NCBI GenBank assembly: GCA_965231105.1
Contig: OZ246417.1
Coordinates: 448,908 to 512,907, forward strand
Reading direction: 5' to 3'
DNA length: 64,000 bases
From: an uncultured Candidatus Saccharibacteria bacterium
GTDB taxonomy: Bacteria > Patescibacteriota > Saccharimonadia > Saccharimonadales > JACDBH01
The translations under genes were made by a program, and so were the position numbers. Below the pieces are notes generated by a model that did not search any database, had not been told where the DNA came from, and saw only the letters and a program-made list of their open reading frames with translations. Shown piece by piece: positions 50,931 through 60,595 of the stretch; position 1 is the first letter of the stretch; every line of letters begins with the position of its first letter.

Positions 50931-51700
50931 GCAACATACAATGTATGCCATTGCTCAAGCGTAAGGTTCTGTGCACGAAGATTGCCATCAATATCTGCAG
51001 CGGCTAAAAGTTCATCTGCTTCGATTTTACCTATGCGCAATCCCCCACTCAGGCTGCTTCGTAACTTCTTTCGCCTCTCTGAGAAACCGGCTTTCACGAG
51101 CCGAAAGAATGCTCGTTCATCAACATCTTTGAATAATGGTGTGGTTCGCTTCTTAAGAATAAGAATCTGTGAATCTACTTTAGGAGGAGGTGTAAATAAA
51201 GCCGCTGGTACCACCTCACCCAGGCCCACTTCGCAATAAAATTGGGCACTGATACTTAAAAGACTGGTCTGTCCTGGCCCCGCACATACACGCTCGGCTA
51301 CTTCTTTTTGAACCAGTAAGACAGCGGTACTAAAAGGATTGGGGCTTTCGGTTAGACGACGAATGAGATTGCTTGTTAAATAATAAGGAATGTTCGCAAC
51401 GACTTTATATCCTTTTGGTAAGGATGAAAAATCAAAGGTAAGAATATCCGCCTGCACAACTTCTAAATTCTCCGCAGGCACCCGAAACGACAGCTCAGTC
51501 GCAAGTAGATCATCAAATTCCACTGCCACTACTTTTGTTGCTCGCTCTGCGAGCTTTGAGGTAAGTGTACCTAAGCCTGGGCCAACTTCAAGTACTATAT
51601 CCCCTGCCCTAACCTCAGCCGCATCGCACATAGCGTTAAGAGCAGCCTCATCATGAAGCCAATGCTGGCCTAAACTTTTTTTCGGAGTGATATCAGACAT
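50918..51700 (-). CDS. rsmA: 16S rRNA (adenine1518/1519-N6)-dimethyltransferase
   Basis: 260 aa. KKSLGQHWL N-terminus, SAM motif VLEVGPGLGTLT, and NIPYYLTS. Confidence 0.95.
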   Translation of the reverse strand: MSDITPKKSLGQHWLHDEAALNAMCDAAEVRAGDIVLEVGPGLGTLTSKLAERATKVVAVEFDDLLATELSFRVPAENLEVVQADILTFDFSSLPKGYKVVANIPYYLTSNLIRRLTESPNPFSTAVLLVQKEVAERVCAGPGQTSLLSISAQFYCEVGLGEVVPAALFTPPPKVDSQILILKKRTTPLFKDVDERAFFRLVKAGFSERRKKLRSSLSGGLRIGKIEADELLAAADIDGNLRAQNLTLEQWHTLYVAYSG

Positions 51701-51712
51701 GTTTTATAAAGT

Positions 51713-53017
51713 TTACCACCAACCATGACCCGCTGCCTCACGCGCCGTCCAGGCATTGTATGCACCTTCCCAACCACCATATCGGCTGGTCGCATAACCG
51801 CTACACCATCGAAGCTGCGTAACGGGATTAGTGCGCCAATCTTCCCCATTTGCAGCCATCTTATTGGCTGGCGTAGACTGACACAATCCATAACCTAAGG
51901 TCCTGTCACTCTCTGCCCCGGGGTATTTCTCTTGGTAATACTCAGGGCAGAAGTTTTGACCCTGCCAACGGGTTGGACACCAGAGCGCATTTTCATGATT
52001 AATAATGTAATAAACAAATGGAAAGTCTGACTCCATAATGCCTGCTGCACGCATTATCGTTTCTTTATTGGCAGGTATTTGTACGGCCTGTCCACGAGCC
52101 ACAATTCGCGTTACAGGCTCAGACACAGTTACTTCCTGGATTAACTTGCGGCCAATTTCTACACCGTTTTGCAGTTCGATTTGGTATGTTACTGATTTTT
52201 TACCAGCTGCTCCTGCCTGGCGGATAACGGTTGTTCCGAATGATAAACTGGTGTCTACCACCGTTTGGCTTGGCGGTTCAATGGCCTCTTCAGTCGTAAT
52301 AACCTGGGTGCCAAAACGTGTGACAAACACTTGAGTTTGCGGGGTTATTTCGGTTTCTAGTGCCGGCTGGACCGTGTCCCCTTCTGCGAGGATAACGTTC
52401 TTTTCTTTTAAAAGCTCACCGACTGTATGCGCATGCGTACGAATGCTTAAGGGTGTACCATACAGGTTAAGGTTCGCAGGTGTCGCACGATCTACGACCA
52501 CCTTGTTGCCAATACTACCGTCTTTTAAGAAATCGTCGCTTGGCTCGGTTACTACTTTATCTTCGGGATACAATTGTGCTCCCACCTGCTCCGCAATAGT
52601 TCGAGGTGTACGAGCGGCACTGAGTCCATACAGTTTGTCTTCGCCATCAATAATAACGGCCGGCGCGGCGCGGTACACATTAACATGGAAATTATCTTCT
52701 TGAATCTTAGTATCAAGGCTTGGCTCAACCACATCACCTTCATTTAATTCAACTTCTGCTTTTTCAAGAAATTCACCAACAGTTTCTTCACGAGTAGGGA
52801 GGCTATTAGTCTTACGATCGGCATTCAGAATTACAATACGCGCATCATTCGCACCAACCGTGCGGCCACTTAACGTAAAGAACAAGCCAGCTCCCACGAT
52901 AACAATGCCGAAGAATATAACGATCGGCATCACATAAGGGTGATGCTCTAAGCGTCTATTAATTCGTCGAGCTCGTCGTCGCAATAAAAAGCGATAACGA
53001 TGATATCGATGTAGCAT
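51713..53017 (-). CDS. RpfB/YabE-like wall protein: TM anchor, DUF348-like repeats, G5 domain, C-terminal lysozyme-like domain
   Basis: 434 aa. Repeated ..TVGE(F/L)L.. modules, a G5-type segment (IRQAGAAGKKSVTYQIELQNGVE..VTRIVARG), and a Cys/Trp-rich C-domain with IINHENALW..GYGLCQSTP. Confidence 0.7.
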   Translation of the reverse strand: MLHRYHRYRFLLRRRARRINRRLEHHPYVMPIVIFFGIVIVGAGLFFTLSGRTVGANDARIVILNADRKTNSLPTREETVGEFLEKAEVELNEGDVVEPSLDTKIQEDNFHVNVYRAAPAVIIDGEDKLYGLSAARTPRTIAEQVGAQLYPEDKVVTEPSDDFLKDGSIGNKVVVDRATPANLNLYGTPLSIRTHAHTVGELLKEKNVILAEGDTVQPALETEITPQTQVFVTRFGTQVITTEEAIEPPSQTVVDTSLSFGTTVIRQAGAAGKKSVTYQIELQNGVEIGRKLIQEVTVSEPVTRIVARGQAVQIPANKETIMRAAGIMESDFPFVYYIINHENALWCPTRWQGQNFCPEYYQEKYPGAESDRTLGYGLCQSTPANKMAANGEDWRTNPVTQLRWCSGYATSRYGGWEGAYNAWTAREAAGHGWW

Positions 53018-53102
53018 AAATGAAAAAATGCCCCTCCGCTTAAAAACTCTTAGTCCCTATAGGGCAACCTCATTATTATACCACTGAGCCTCAAACCCCT
53101 TT

Positions 53103-53588
53103 TTAAAGCAAGGTTTTTTGCTCAATTGGCACATGACGCCTTAACGCAAATTTTGCGTCTTTACTGAGATTTGCCGTATCAATACTTTCAAGTGACATCC
53201 ACTGCACATCACTTATTTCGAGCCATGACGCGTAGACTGGTAGGCGTTCAGGAAGTCTTAATAAGAAATGTGTGGTCTTATATTTAAGACCATTCTCTTT
53301 GTGTGTTCGTTTACCGAGATCCACCAAACTACTTTCAGGTACATCAATACCGGCTTCTTCTTTTAATTCCCGTACCGCGGCAGCAACAGATGTTTCATGT
53401 CGTTTTCTGCCACCACCTGGTAGGCCAAATCGTGCCGGTCCTAACCATGACCGCACAACCAACACCTCTTCATTATTCACTACTACCAATACACGGCTGC
53501 GTTCCGGGAAAACCTTAAAGTATCCGTACCATATCGGCCACAGGCCCCAAAATAATGCTGTGCCTATTCCTTTCCAAAGTGTCTTCAT
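53103..53588 (-). CDS. NUDIX hydrolase
   Basis: 161 aa. Nudix box GGGRKRHETSVAAAVRELKEEAGI. Confidence 0.85.
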   Translation of the reverse strand: MKTLWKGIGTALFWGLWPIWYGYFKVFPERSRVLVVVNNEEVLVVRSWLGPARFGLPGGGRKRHETSVAAAVRELKEEAGIDVPESSLVDLGKRTHKENGLKYKTTHFLLRLPERLPVYASWLEISDVQWMSLESIDTANLSKDAKFALRRHVPIEQKTLL

Positions 53589-56500
53589 AATTTTTTGAGC
53601 GGAGCAAAGGTGGTATTGAGCTTCTTCATACCTTTGCCCTTAAAGAAAACTGCGACATTATCTCCGTCTACTTCCATTACTGTGCCTTTGCCAAACACCT
53701 GGTGTTCTACTGTATCACCTTCATTCAGTTCTACAACATATCGTGGTTCATTAGAGGTTGAAGCCGCCTCAAAGGCTCCGTAGCTATTTGGCATTGGTGC
53801 CAATGATGAGGTCTCGCCTTCGATTTCAGCAAGGAACCGACTTGGTGGATTGTGCTGCACACCACCGTAGAGCACTCGAGATGAGGCATAAATAAGATAT
53901 AGTTCCTCTCCTGCTCTTGTCATACCCACATACATAAGCCGTCGCTCTTCTTCCATTTCACCCTGATCATACAGTGCACGAGAATGAGGAAAGATAGTTT
54001 CTTCGAGACCTACCATGAATACAACAGGAAATTCCAAGCCTTTTGCGGCATGCAAGGTCATGAGTGTGACGGCATTGCCGTTAAAGTCCGCCGTGTCGAG
54101 ATCACTTACCAGTGACACTTCCTCTAAGAAACCATCGAGGCCTGTGTCCTGGTAGGCTTTTGCTACTGAAATAAGTTCCTTCACATTTTCTGCGCGTGAT
54201 TCGCCCTGCAAAGAACCATCATCAAGATACGCGAGGTAATCAAGTCTTCGTAATAAACTATCAATAATTCCCGCTACCGGTGTATCTGCCATAAGATCAC
54301 GGTAGCTTACAACCAAATCAGCCAATTCCATCAGTGCCTTCACAGCTTTAGGCGTAAGGCCCGGGCATTCCCTTACCGTTTCTAGCGCTTTTAATAGTCC
54401 ACCGGCACTACGAGACCATTCCATAAAGGTAGTGAGGGACTTCGCACCCAGTCCACGAGTTGGCACATTCGCAATACGCTCAAAGCTCACATAATCTTCT
54501 GGCTGATAAATAATCCGTAAGTAGGCAATGATGTCTTTAATTTCTTTGCGGTCATAGAAACGCACTCCACCCACAACGCGATAGGGCATACCATAGCGTA
54601 CAAACATTTCTTCAATTGCACGGCTTTGCGCATTTGTACGATAGAGCACGGCAAAATCACCAAAGCGACGCCGGCCTGCATCCACTGCCATATTTATTCG
54701 TCGTATAATTGCCTCGCCTTCGGCACGCTCATTAGGCACCTGCAGCATCTGTACTGGCATGCCGGTACCTGCATCCGTCCAGAGCTTCTTGTCTGAACGC
54801 TGGACATTTTTGGTAATAACACCGTGTGCTGCATCAAGGATTGATTTTGTGCTTCGGTAATTTTGTTCGAGCTTAATTACACAGACCTTCGGATGATCCC
54901 GCTCAAAATTTAAGATATTGCGGAAATCTGCACCCCGCCAGCTATAAATGGAATTATGTACGACTACACCTTCAGCAACATAGTTGTGTACTTTTTCCAC
55001 ATCAATATCGTAGACAAAGCCTTTGTATATTTCTTTCGACACACCTACTACCTCATCTTCTTCCACAAAGCCGTCTTTTGATTCCACCGGAATTTTCATG
55101 CCTCTTCGAATATGAGCCGCAGGAGTGAATGCAAATTTATTTCCTGTTATAAATGCAGACCGCTGCACCACGGCAGTAGGATTCAGATGTCCTCCAAAAT
55201 CTTGGACTATACTCTCTATTTTTCCGTAGTCCGAGGCGTGAATCTCTGAACGAAACGTATGAGCCTTACCACTTCGCACAGAATAGCCAAGCTCACTGAA
55301 AACACTTAAGTCATCAGGATTTGTCGTATTTGCCGATATTCTACTTGATGAGTGAGATGATGTCCCACTGTTATTCTTACCGCCGAACATTACCACATTA
55401 ATAGCCAGTCTCTTTATGCCATTTCTAACGGTAGCTTGGGGCACAAAGTGCGGCAAGTTAAATACGAGTCCCTCATCAGACATGAGCTTCTCAGCACGCT
55501 CCCTGGTATCAATGCTGTCAAAAATCGAATCAATATGCGGTTGTGTAAGCACCATGGAACGATTAAGGTCCGCACGAAAAACTACCGTAGGTATACCATA
55601 TTTAAATGCATATAACATTTCTAGGTAAATAGCTTCTTCCTTTGTCTCGCATACTTTTATCACCCACATTTTGTCGGCGCGCTCTTGATTGGCGCGAACC
55701 CTGAGTCCAATATCATGTTTTTTACCATCAAACCGCGTACCTTTTGTCATGCCAATTCTATATCCCTTACCAGCGGAGTACATAAGATAGACAAAATAAT
55801 GTTCAGTTTTCTCCCACCGTGAAAAAAGCATGTGGTAAGGCGTGCAGTGCAAGACACGTCCCTGCTTAGTTTTAAAGGTAAAAAGTTCTCCTTCATGAGA
55901 GAATTTTCTTGTATTAGTAACTCTAAAATGTCCTGTGGAGCCATAACCGGAGGCTGCCTTTACTACGTCTCCGGGTTTGATGCGTTCAATAGGACGAACC
56001 CCCTCCGCTGTCGTTATTTGAGTTCCTGGAGGTAGACACTGCCAGTCATCCCCCACGACAGCAATGTTATTGTTTTTATTCGTCAGAAGCTTCACTAATT
56101 TATACTGGCATGCGTTCGTATCCTGGTACTCATCGATCATGACGTATTTAAATTGCTGTTGCCATTTCTGCCGAACTGCTTCGTTTTTTTCTAGCATATT
56201 GACCGTTTTTAAAATTAGGTCGTCAAAATCAAGAGCTCCTGCATCTTTTAATGCTCGTTCGTAGAGCGGATAGACTTTTGCAGCCGCTTCCTGAGTAGGA
56301 GAGTTGGCTAGTCCCGCATATTCGTTTGCACCCACCATATCATTTTTGGCACTAGAAATAAGCCCACCTAATGCACGGGCAGGAAACGCTTTTTCATCAA
56401 GATGAAGCTGCTTACTTGCCTGCTTAATGGCACTCTGGCGGTCACTTTCATCAAAAATCACAAAGTTACGTGGTATACCAACATATTCACCATCTTGCCG

Positions 56501-56878
56501 TAAAAGCCGCACGCAAATACTGTGGAATGTACCCATATAGGGCATGAACGATCGGTTCTCAGCATTTTCGCCTAAAAGATGCGCGACACGTTCACGCATT
56601 TCTTTGGCTGCCTTATTAGTGAAGGTAACGGCAAGAATGTTATAAGGGGTCGCTTTACGGTGAGCGATTATATAGGCAATGCGATGGGTGAGGGTTTTTG
56701 TTTTACCACTTCCCGCCCCCGCCTGAATCAATAATGGACCTTCAGTTGTTTCAACGGCACGACGCTGTTCAGGATTAAGTCCGGTGAGCAAATGTGTGGT
56801 ATTAACGGCTGGTTTTTCATCAGCCCATGGATCAATAATCGGATTAGCGTTCACCCTCACCTGCTCGTCTGGCATCAT
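53585..56878 (-). CDS. pcrA: ATP-dependent DNA helicase PcrA/UvrD, interrupted by an intein
   Basis: 1097 aa. Helicase motifs I (AGAGSGKT), Ia, II (DEYQDT), and III split as VGDDWQ / SIYSWRGA, followed by IV-VI and a C-terminal Tudor-like tail. Confidence 0.95.
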   Translation of the reverse strand: MMPDEQVRVNANPIIDPWADEKPAVNTTHLLTGLNPEQRRAVETTEGPLLIQAGAGSGKTKTLTHRIAYIIAHRKATPYNILAVTFTNKAAKEMRERVAHLLGENAENRSFMPYMGTFHSICVRLLRQDGEYVGIPRNFVIFDESDRQSAIKQASKQLHLDEKAFPARALGGLISSAKNDMVGANEYAGLANSPTQEAAAKVYPLYERALKDAGALDFDDLILKTVNMLEKNEAVRQKWQQQFKYVMIDEYQDTNACQYKLVKLLTNKNNNIAVVGDDWQCLPPGTQITTAEGVRPIERIKPGDVVKAASGYGSTGHFRVTNTRKFSHEGELFTFKTKQGRVLHCTPYHMLFSRWEKTEHYFVYLMYSAGKGYRIGMTKGTRFDGKKHDIGLRVRANQERADKMWVIKVCETKEEAIYLEMLYAFKYGIPTVVFRADLNRSMVLTQPHIDSIFDSIDTRERAEKLMSDEGLVFNLPHFVPQATVRNGIKRLAINVVMFGGKNNSGTSSHSSSRISANTTNPDDLSVFSELGYSVRSGKAHTFRSEIHASDYGKIESIVQDFGGHLNPTAVVQRSAFITGNKFAFTPAAHIRRGMKIPVESKDGFVEEDEVVGVSKEIYKGFVYDIDVEKVHNYVAEGVVVHNSIYSWRGADFRNILNFERDHPKVCVIKLEQNYRSTKSILDAAHGVITKNVQRSDKKLWTDAGTGMPVQMLQVPNERAEGEAIIRRINMAVDAGRRRFGDFAVLYRTNAQSRAIEEMFVRYGMPYRVVGGVRFYDRKEIKDIIAYLRIIYQPEDYVSFERIANVPTRGLGAKSLTTFMEWSRSAGGLLKALETVRECPGLTPKAVKALMELADLVVSYRDLMADTPVAGIIDSLLRRLDYLAYLDDGSLQGESRAENVKELISVAKAYQDTGLDGFLEEVSLVSDLDTADFNGNAVTLMTLHAAKGLEFPVVFMVGLEETIFPHSRALYDQGEMEEERRLMYVGMTRAGEELYLIYASSRVLYGGVQHNPPSRFLAEIEGETSSLAPMPNSYGAFEAASTSNEPRYVVELNEGDTVEHQVFGKGTVMEVDGDNVAVFFKGKGMKKLNTTFAPLKKL
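54953..56038 (-). mobile_element. Intein (362 aa) within helicase motif III of PcrA
   Basis: The N-extein ends ..VGDDWQ. The intein begins CLPPGTQITTAEG (block A), has TPYH (block B) and ends VYDIDVEKVHNYVAEGVVVHN (blocks F/G). The +1 residue is Ser, in SIYSWRGA. I checked the codon coordinates by hand. Confidence 0.85.
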
Positions 56879-56903
56879 TCAATTGTAGCAAATATCATGA
56901 CCG

Positions 56904-57749
56904 TTACTTAAAGAAATTGTATGGTAACTGAATATCAAGCTTTATGAGCTCAGCATCAATAGACAGATAAGCCCCGGCCAGGAGCAAGAGGAGCACAAGA
57001 AGAGCTATCCACGTACCCGCGTGGCCACGTTTTTCACTACTGTCGTGTTCAAGCGGTACAAAGTATTTTTTGCTATCAATAAGTTCTTGTAATGCAGCAT
57101 CCCGCTTGGCTTGCTCTTCGGCTTCTTTGAGTTCCTGTTTATTCTTTTGGCTTGCCTCAGCAAGTGCATCCACATTTGCCGCCTCAGATTGCGCAGGCGC
57201 ATCTTCGCTCTCTTCAGTCGGTTCTTCACTTGCAGGCACTTCCTCTGTAGGTTCGTCTGAAGTTGGCGCTACATCTGTATTCTCTGCTTCCGAAGCATCT
57301 TCAGTAGCAGGTTGTGGCTCTTCGGGCGTAGGTTCGGGAGTATCAGCCGGCACTTCAGCTTCTGGCTCAGGTTCTGCAGGAGCCTCAGGTTCTTCAGTCG
57401 GTTCAGCAACAGAAACTTCTGGTGCAGGCGTTTCTTCTATAGGCTTCTCTGTTGGTTGTTCTTCCTCTGGAGACGGCGACTTGATTATTTCTATGCTTGA
57501 TTTCTTCTTTGGCTCTTTCTTTACCTCGGGAGCGGTTAAATCCTTGGAAACGGGGCTAATGACCTTGCGGCTAACGGTGATTATGTGAGCTTCGTCGGTA
57601 TTCTTATCGGTGTCGACAACCGTAGGGTCCTTTACGAGAGTATCGCGATTAACGATCACAGGGCGAGACGTACCAATCGGCTTTGATTTTCCAGGGCGAG
57701 CAACATCAAATACCCGCTTGTTATCTTTTGCGGGCGGGCGACCTGCCAT
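56904..57749 (-). CDS. Acidic Pro/Glu/Thr-rich low-complexity protein with a C-terminal TM helix
   Basis: 281 aa. A basic N-terminus, a long PE/PT-rich stretch, a coiled-coil-like segment, and the helix WIALLVLLLLLAGAYL. Confidence 0.5.
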   Translation of the reverse strand: MAGRPPAKDNKRVFDVARPGKSKPIGTSRPVIVNRDTLVKDPTVVDTDKNTDEAHIITVSRKVISPVSKDLTAPEVKKEPKKKSSIEIIKSPSPEEEQPTEKPIEETPAPEVSVAEPTEEPEAPAEPEPEAEVPADTPEPTPEEPQPATEDASEAENTDVAPTSDEPTEEVPASEEPTEESEDAPAQSEAANVDALAEASQKNKQELKEAEEQAKRDAALQELIDSKKYFVPLEHDSSEKRGHAGTWIALLVLLLLLAGAYLSIDAELIKLDIQLPYNFFK

Positions 57750-57750
57750 G

Positions 57751-58548
57751 TTAGTCTTCCGCTCCTAATTCTCGACGCAGTCGATAGGCAGCGTCCACGA
57801 TACCAGAGAACTGATGGTAGTTAATGCTTGCACCACCCACCAGCACGCCATCTACACCTTCGGCTTCGAGGTAACCACGAGCCGTATCCGCAACGACACT
57901 TCCACCATACAGAACACGAACCTTTTCAGCCGCCTTTTTACCATACAATTCTGCTAAGTTATGACGAATCACGGCAACTGCCTTCACGACATCATCAGGT
58001 TTGGCGTGAGCATGATGCATTGGATCACCACCACTAATCGCCCAAACTGGTTCATAGGCAATCACTAACTTTTCCATTTCATCTGAAGTAAGGCCTTTCA
58101 CCGCACTCACCACCTGATCATGCAACACTCGCTTGGTGTGGCCAGCAAGGCGCTCCGTTTTAGTTTCACCCACACAAAGAATCGGCATAATGTCATTACG
58201 AACTGCGGCCGCTATTTTTTGTGACACATCACTAAGAGTTTCGCCAAAAATATGACGCCGTTCGGAGTGACCAATAATAACGTAGTGCACGAGGTCGCGG
58301 AGCATGGTAAAGCTTACCTCTCCCGTAAAAGCGCCCTGGTCTTTATAGTGAGCATTCTGGGCTGCCAGGCGAAACTTACGTCGATCTACTTGAATCGACA
58401 AGGGTTGGAGCACAAGCATGCTTGGCGCCAAGACTACCTCGATATCGCGATAGATCTTAATACGTTCCTGTAAACGGTGCAGCAAAATACTCGCTTGCAT
58501 CGTATTAAGGTTCATCTTCCAGTTACCGACAATCAGAGCTTTACGCAT
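57751..58548 (-). CDS. tpiA: Triose-phosphate isomerase
   Basis: Motifs VGNWKMN, IIGHSERR, AYEPVWAI and GGASI. The start was moved to the ATG at 58548 (MRKALIVGNWKMN), downstream of the pgk stop. Confidence 0.95.
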   Translation of the reverse strand: MRKALIVGNWKMNLNTMQASILLHRLQERIKIYRDIEVVLAPSMLVLQPLSIQVDRRKFRLAAQNAHYKDQGAFTGEVSFTMLRDLVHYVIIGHSERRHIFGETLSDVSQKIAAAVRNDIMPILCVGETKTERLAGHTKRVLHDQVVSAVKGLTSDEMEKLVIAYEPVWAISGGDPMHHAHAKPDDVVKAVAVIRHNLAELYGKKAAEKVRVLYGGSVVADTARGYLEAEGVDGVLVGGASINYHQFSGIVDAAYRLRRELGAED

Positions 58549-58567
58549 AATAGTTATGGTTATTGTA

Positions 58568-59869
58568 CTACGATTCCTTCGATTTCTTATCAAGAAGTGC
58601 TTCTACACCCGGCAATTTTTTGCCTTCCATGAGTTCTAAAGAGGCACCACCCCCGGTCGAGACATGATCAAAGGCCTTGGTAAGGCCTCGCTCTTCTACA
58701 TAGGAGACTGTATCGCCACCCCCAACAATTACAAACGGCCGATGCCCAAAATGCCCCATCAAGGCTTCTACCACCAGTTCCGTCCCGTGCGCAAAAGGAC
58801 CGATTGGGTCATTATGAGTGCCGTCTGTTTCCGTTACACCCATCGTACCGTTCCACACAACCGTTTTAGCCAGCTGCGAGCCACCGGCAATGAAGGAACC
58901 AGAGAACGGTCCAATATCGAGGATCATTTCATTGGCAGTTATTTCAGAGGCTTCTCGCGCAGGCTGCTTAGGGTAGCTTTCAATATCGGCAATGACATGC
59001 GCATCCCAATCGACAATGCGGGTTTTAGTTGGCTTTTCAAGATCGGTCGCCACTACTCCATCTTGTGGTAAATAAAAGATAAATTGCTGTTTCTTGGCCT
59101 TTTCGCGGGCCTTTTCTAAAATCTGTTTAGCTAAGGGCACATCATCGGGTTCGGCCAGACTTTTACCAATCTTGAAACCTTCGGCTAATAAGAAAGTGTT
59201 GGCCATAGCGCCGCCAATAGCGATGAAGTCTGCAATATCAATAAACTTTTCGAGAACACTGATCTTATCGGAAATTTTTGCACCCCCAATAATAGCCATA
59301 AGTGGTCGCTCGGGCTTTTGCATGACATCGGTAATCGTATCGACTTCCTTTTCAAGCAGCAGCCCCGCAACACTTGGCAAGAATTTTGCGACTCCCGCCG
59401 TTGAGGCATGAGCGCGGTGCACAACTCCAAACGCATCCTGCACGAACACTTCACCATGAGCAGCAAGGGCTTTTGCAAAGGCTTCATCATTGGCCTCTTC
59501 CTCGGGATGAAAACGTACATTTTCGAGCATGAGGATATCGCCTGGCTTTAAGGCCTGGACCGCATCTGTCGCATGCTCACCCACACATTCATCTATAAAC
59601 TGGACATCTCTTCCAAGCAACTTCTCGAGCTGTTCAGCAGCAGGCTTGAGGCTAAATTCTGGATCTGGTTGGCCCTCAGGACGCCCTAAATGAGACATCA
59701 AAACAAGACGACAGTTCTGCTCAAGCAAATACTGCAACGTAGGAAGGCTCTGTTCAATTCGGTAGTCGCTAGCGACCTTGCCCTTCTCAAGGGGCACATT
59801 GTAATCAACGCGCACGAGCACGCGTTTACCGCGCAACTCGATATCACGAACCGTTTTCTTGCTAAACAT
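58568..59869 (-). CDS. pgk: Phosphoglycerate kinase
   Basis: Motifs RVDYNVP, SHLGRP, the NGTMGV-like WNGTMGV, and GGGDTV. The likely start is the ATG at 59869 (MFSKKTV). Confidence 0.95.
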   Translation of the reverse strand: MFSKKTVRDIELRGKRVLVRVDYNVPLEKGKVASDYRIEQSLPTLQYLLEQNCRLVLMSHLGRPEGQPDPEFSLKPAAEQLEKLLGRDVQFIDECVGEHATDAVQALKPGDILMLENVRFHPEEEANDEAFAKALAAHGEVFVQDAFGVVHRAHASTAGVAKFLPSVAGLLLEKEVDTITDVMQKPERPLMAIIGGAKISDKISVLEKFIDIADFIAIGGAMANTFLLAEGFKIGKSLAEPDDVPLAKQILEKAREKAKKQQFIFYLPQDGVVATDLEKPTKTRIVDWDAHVIADIESYPKQPAREASEITANEMILDIGPFSGSFIAGGSQLAKTVVWNGTMGVTETDGTHNDPIGPFAHGTELVVEALMGHFGHRPFVIVGGGDTVSYVEERGLTKAFDHVSTGGGASLELMEGKKLPGVEALLDKKSKES

Positions 59870-60010
59870 ATACTCTCCACGCAGTCGCATTAGAAGTCAC
59901 AAATCGTATAAGTTTAGTATAATCGTAAAGCTTACGCTTTAAAACCTTTGTTTAGTGACTATTTGGTGATAATCCTTGCATGGATGTAAACTTACGCCTA
60001 AGGATATGTA

Positions 60011-60583
60011 ATGTACCGAGGAATAAATACTCTAAAGTCACGCTGGTTCAAAATTGCCCTTGCCGCCACGTTGATCTGGGACGGGTTGTTCATAAGTTTC
60101 CTCTGGATCATTTTCTGGGGAGCTAGCAGCGTGCTGGGTTCGATCATATTCTTCATAACTAATATATTTATTATCGGGACGCTAGTTCTGGTGGGCATCA
60201 GAATTCTCTTAAATCCTCCAATACCTAGACCTTGGTATATAAGATTTGGTATATGGTTATCTTTTATCGCAGGTATAAATGCGGGACTTATAGCATTTAT
60301 ATGGAATGAGGGTCAAATTCCGTACTTACCCTTTTATAGCGTTTTCACCACCGTTGGTCTCCTGACGCTAGATGGCTATCTCTTGCACTACATACACGTT
60401 TATATGTCAAAGTCGCACCAAGAAGTAGAAGCACCTCATAACGAACCACCTAGAATAATCCAAGCAACAACGACACCTATGCCTGCAAATGCGCCTGTTC
60501 CAAAAAATAAATTAGCAATCGTTATAATACTGACAGCTGCAGCCCAGATATGTGTAGCTTATTGGGCGTACACTTCCGTCTAA
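60011..60583 (+). CDS. Hypothetical multi-TM membrane protein
   Basis: 190 aa with 4-5 hydrophobic helices. An AAGGA RBS lies upstream. Confidence 0.5.
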   Translation: MYRGINTLKSRWFKIALAATLIWDGLFISFLWIIFWGASSVLGSIIFFITNIFIIGTLVLVGIRILLNPPIPRPWYIRFGIWLSFIAGINAGLIAFIWNEGQIPYLPFYSVFTTVGLLTLDGYLLHYIHVYMSKSHQEVEAPHNEPPRIIQATTTPMPANAPVPKNKLAIVIILTAAAQICVAYWAYTSV

Positions 60584-60595
60584 AGCTTGTTCGGA

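Noticed and set aside
57070-57588. 172-aa plus-strand ORF rich in Ser/Gly/Ala
   Set aside because: It is the antisense shadow of the low-complexity Pro/Glu/Thr-rich minus-strand gene. It has no RBS and its composition is simply the mirror of the sense strand. The same logic applies to 2819-3040, opposite the acidic tail of rplY.
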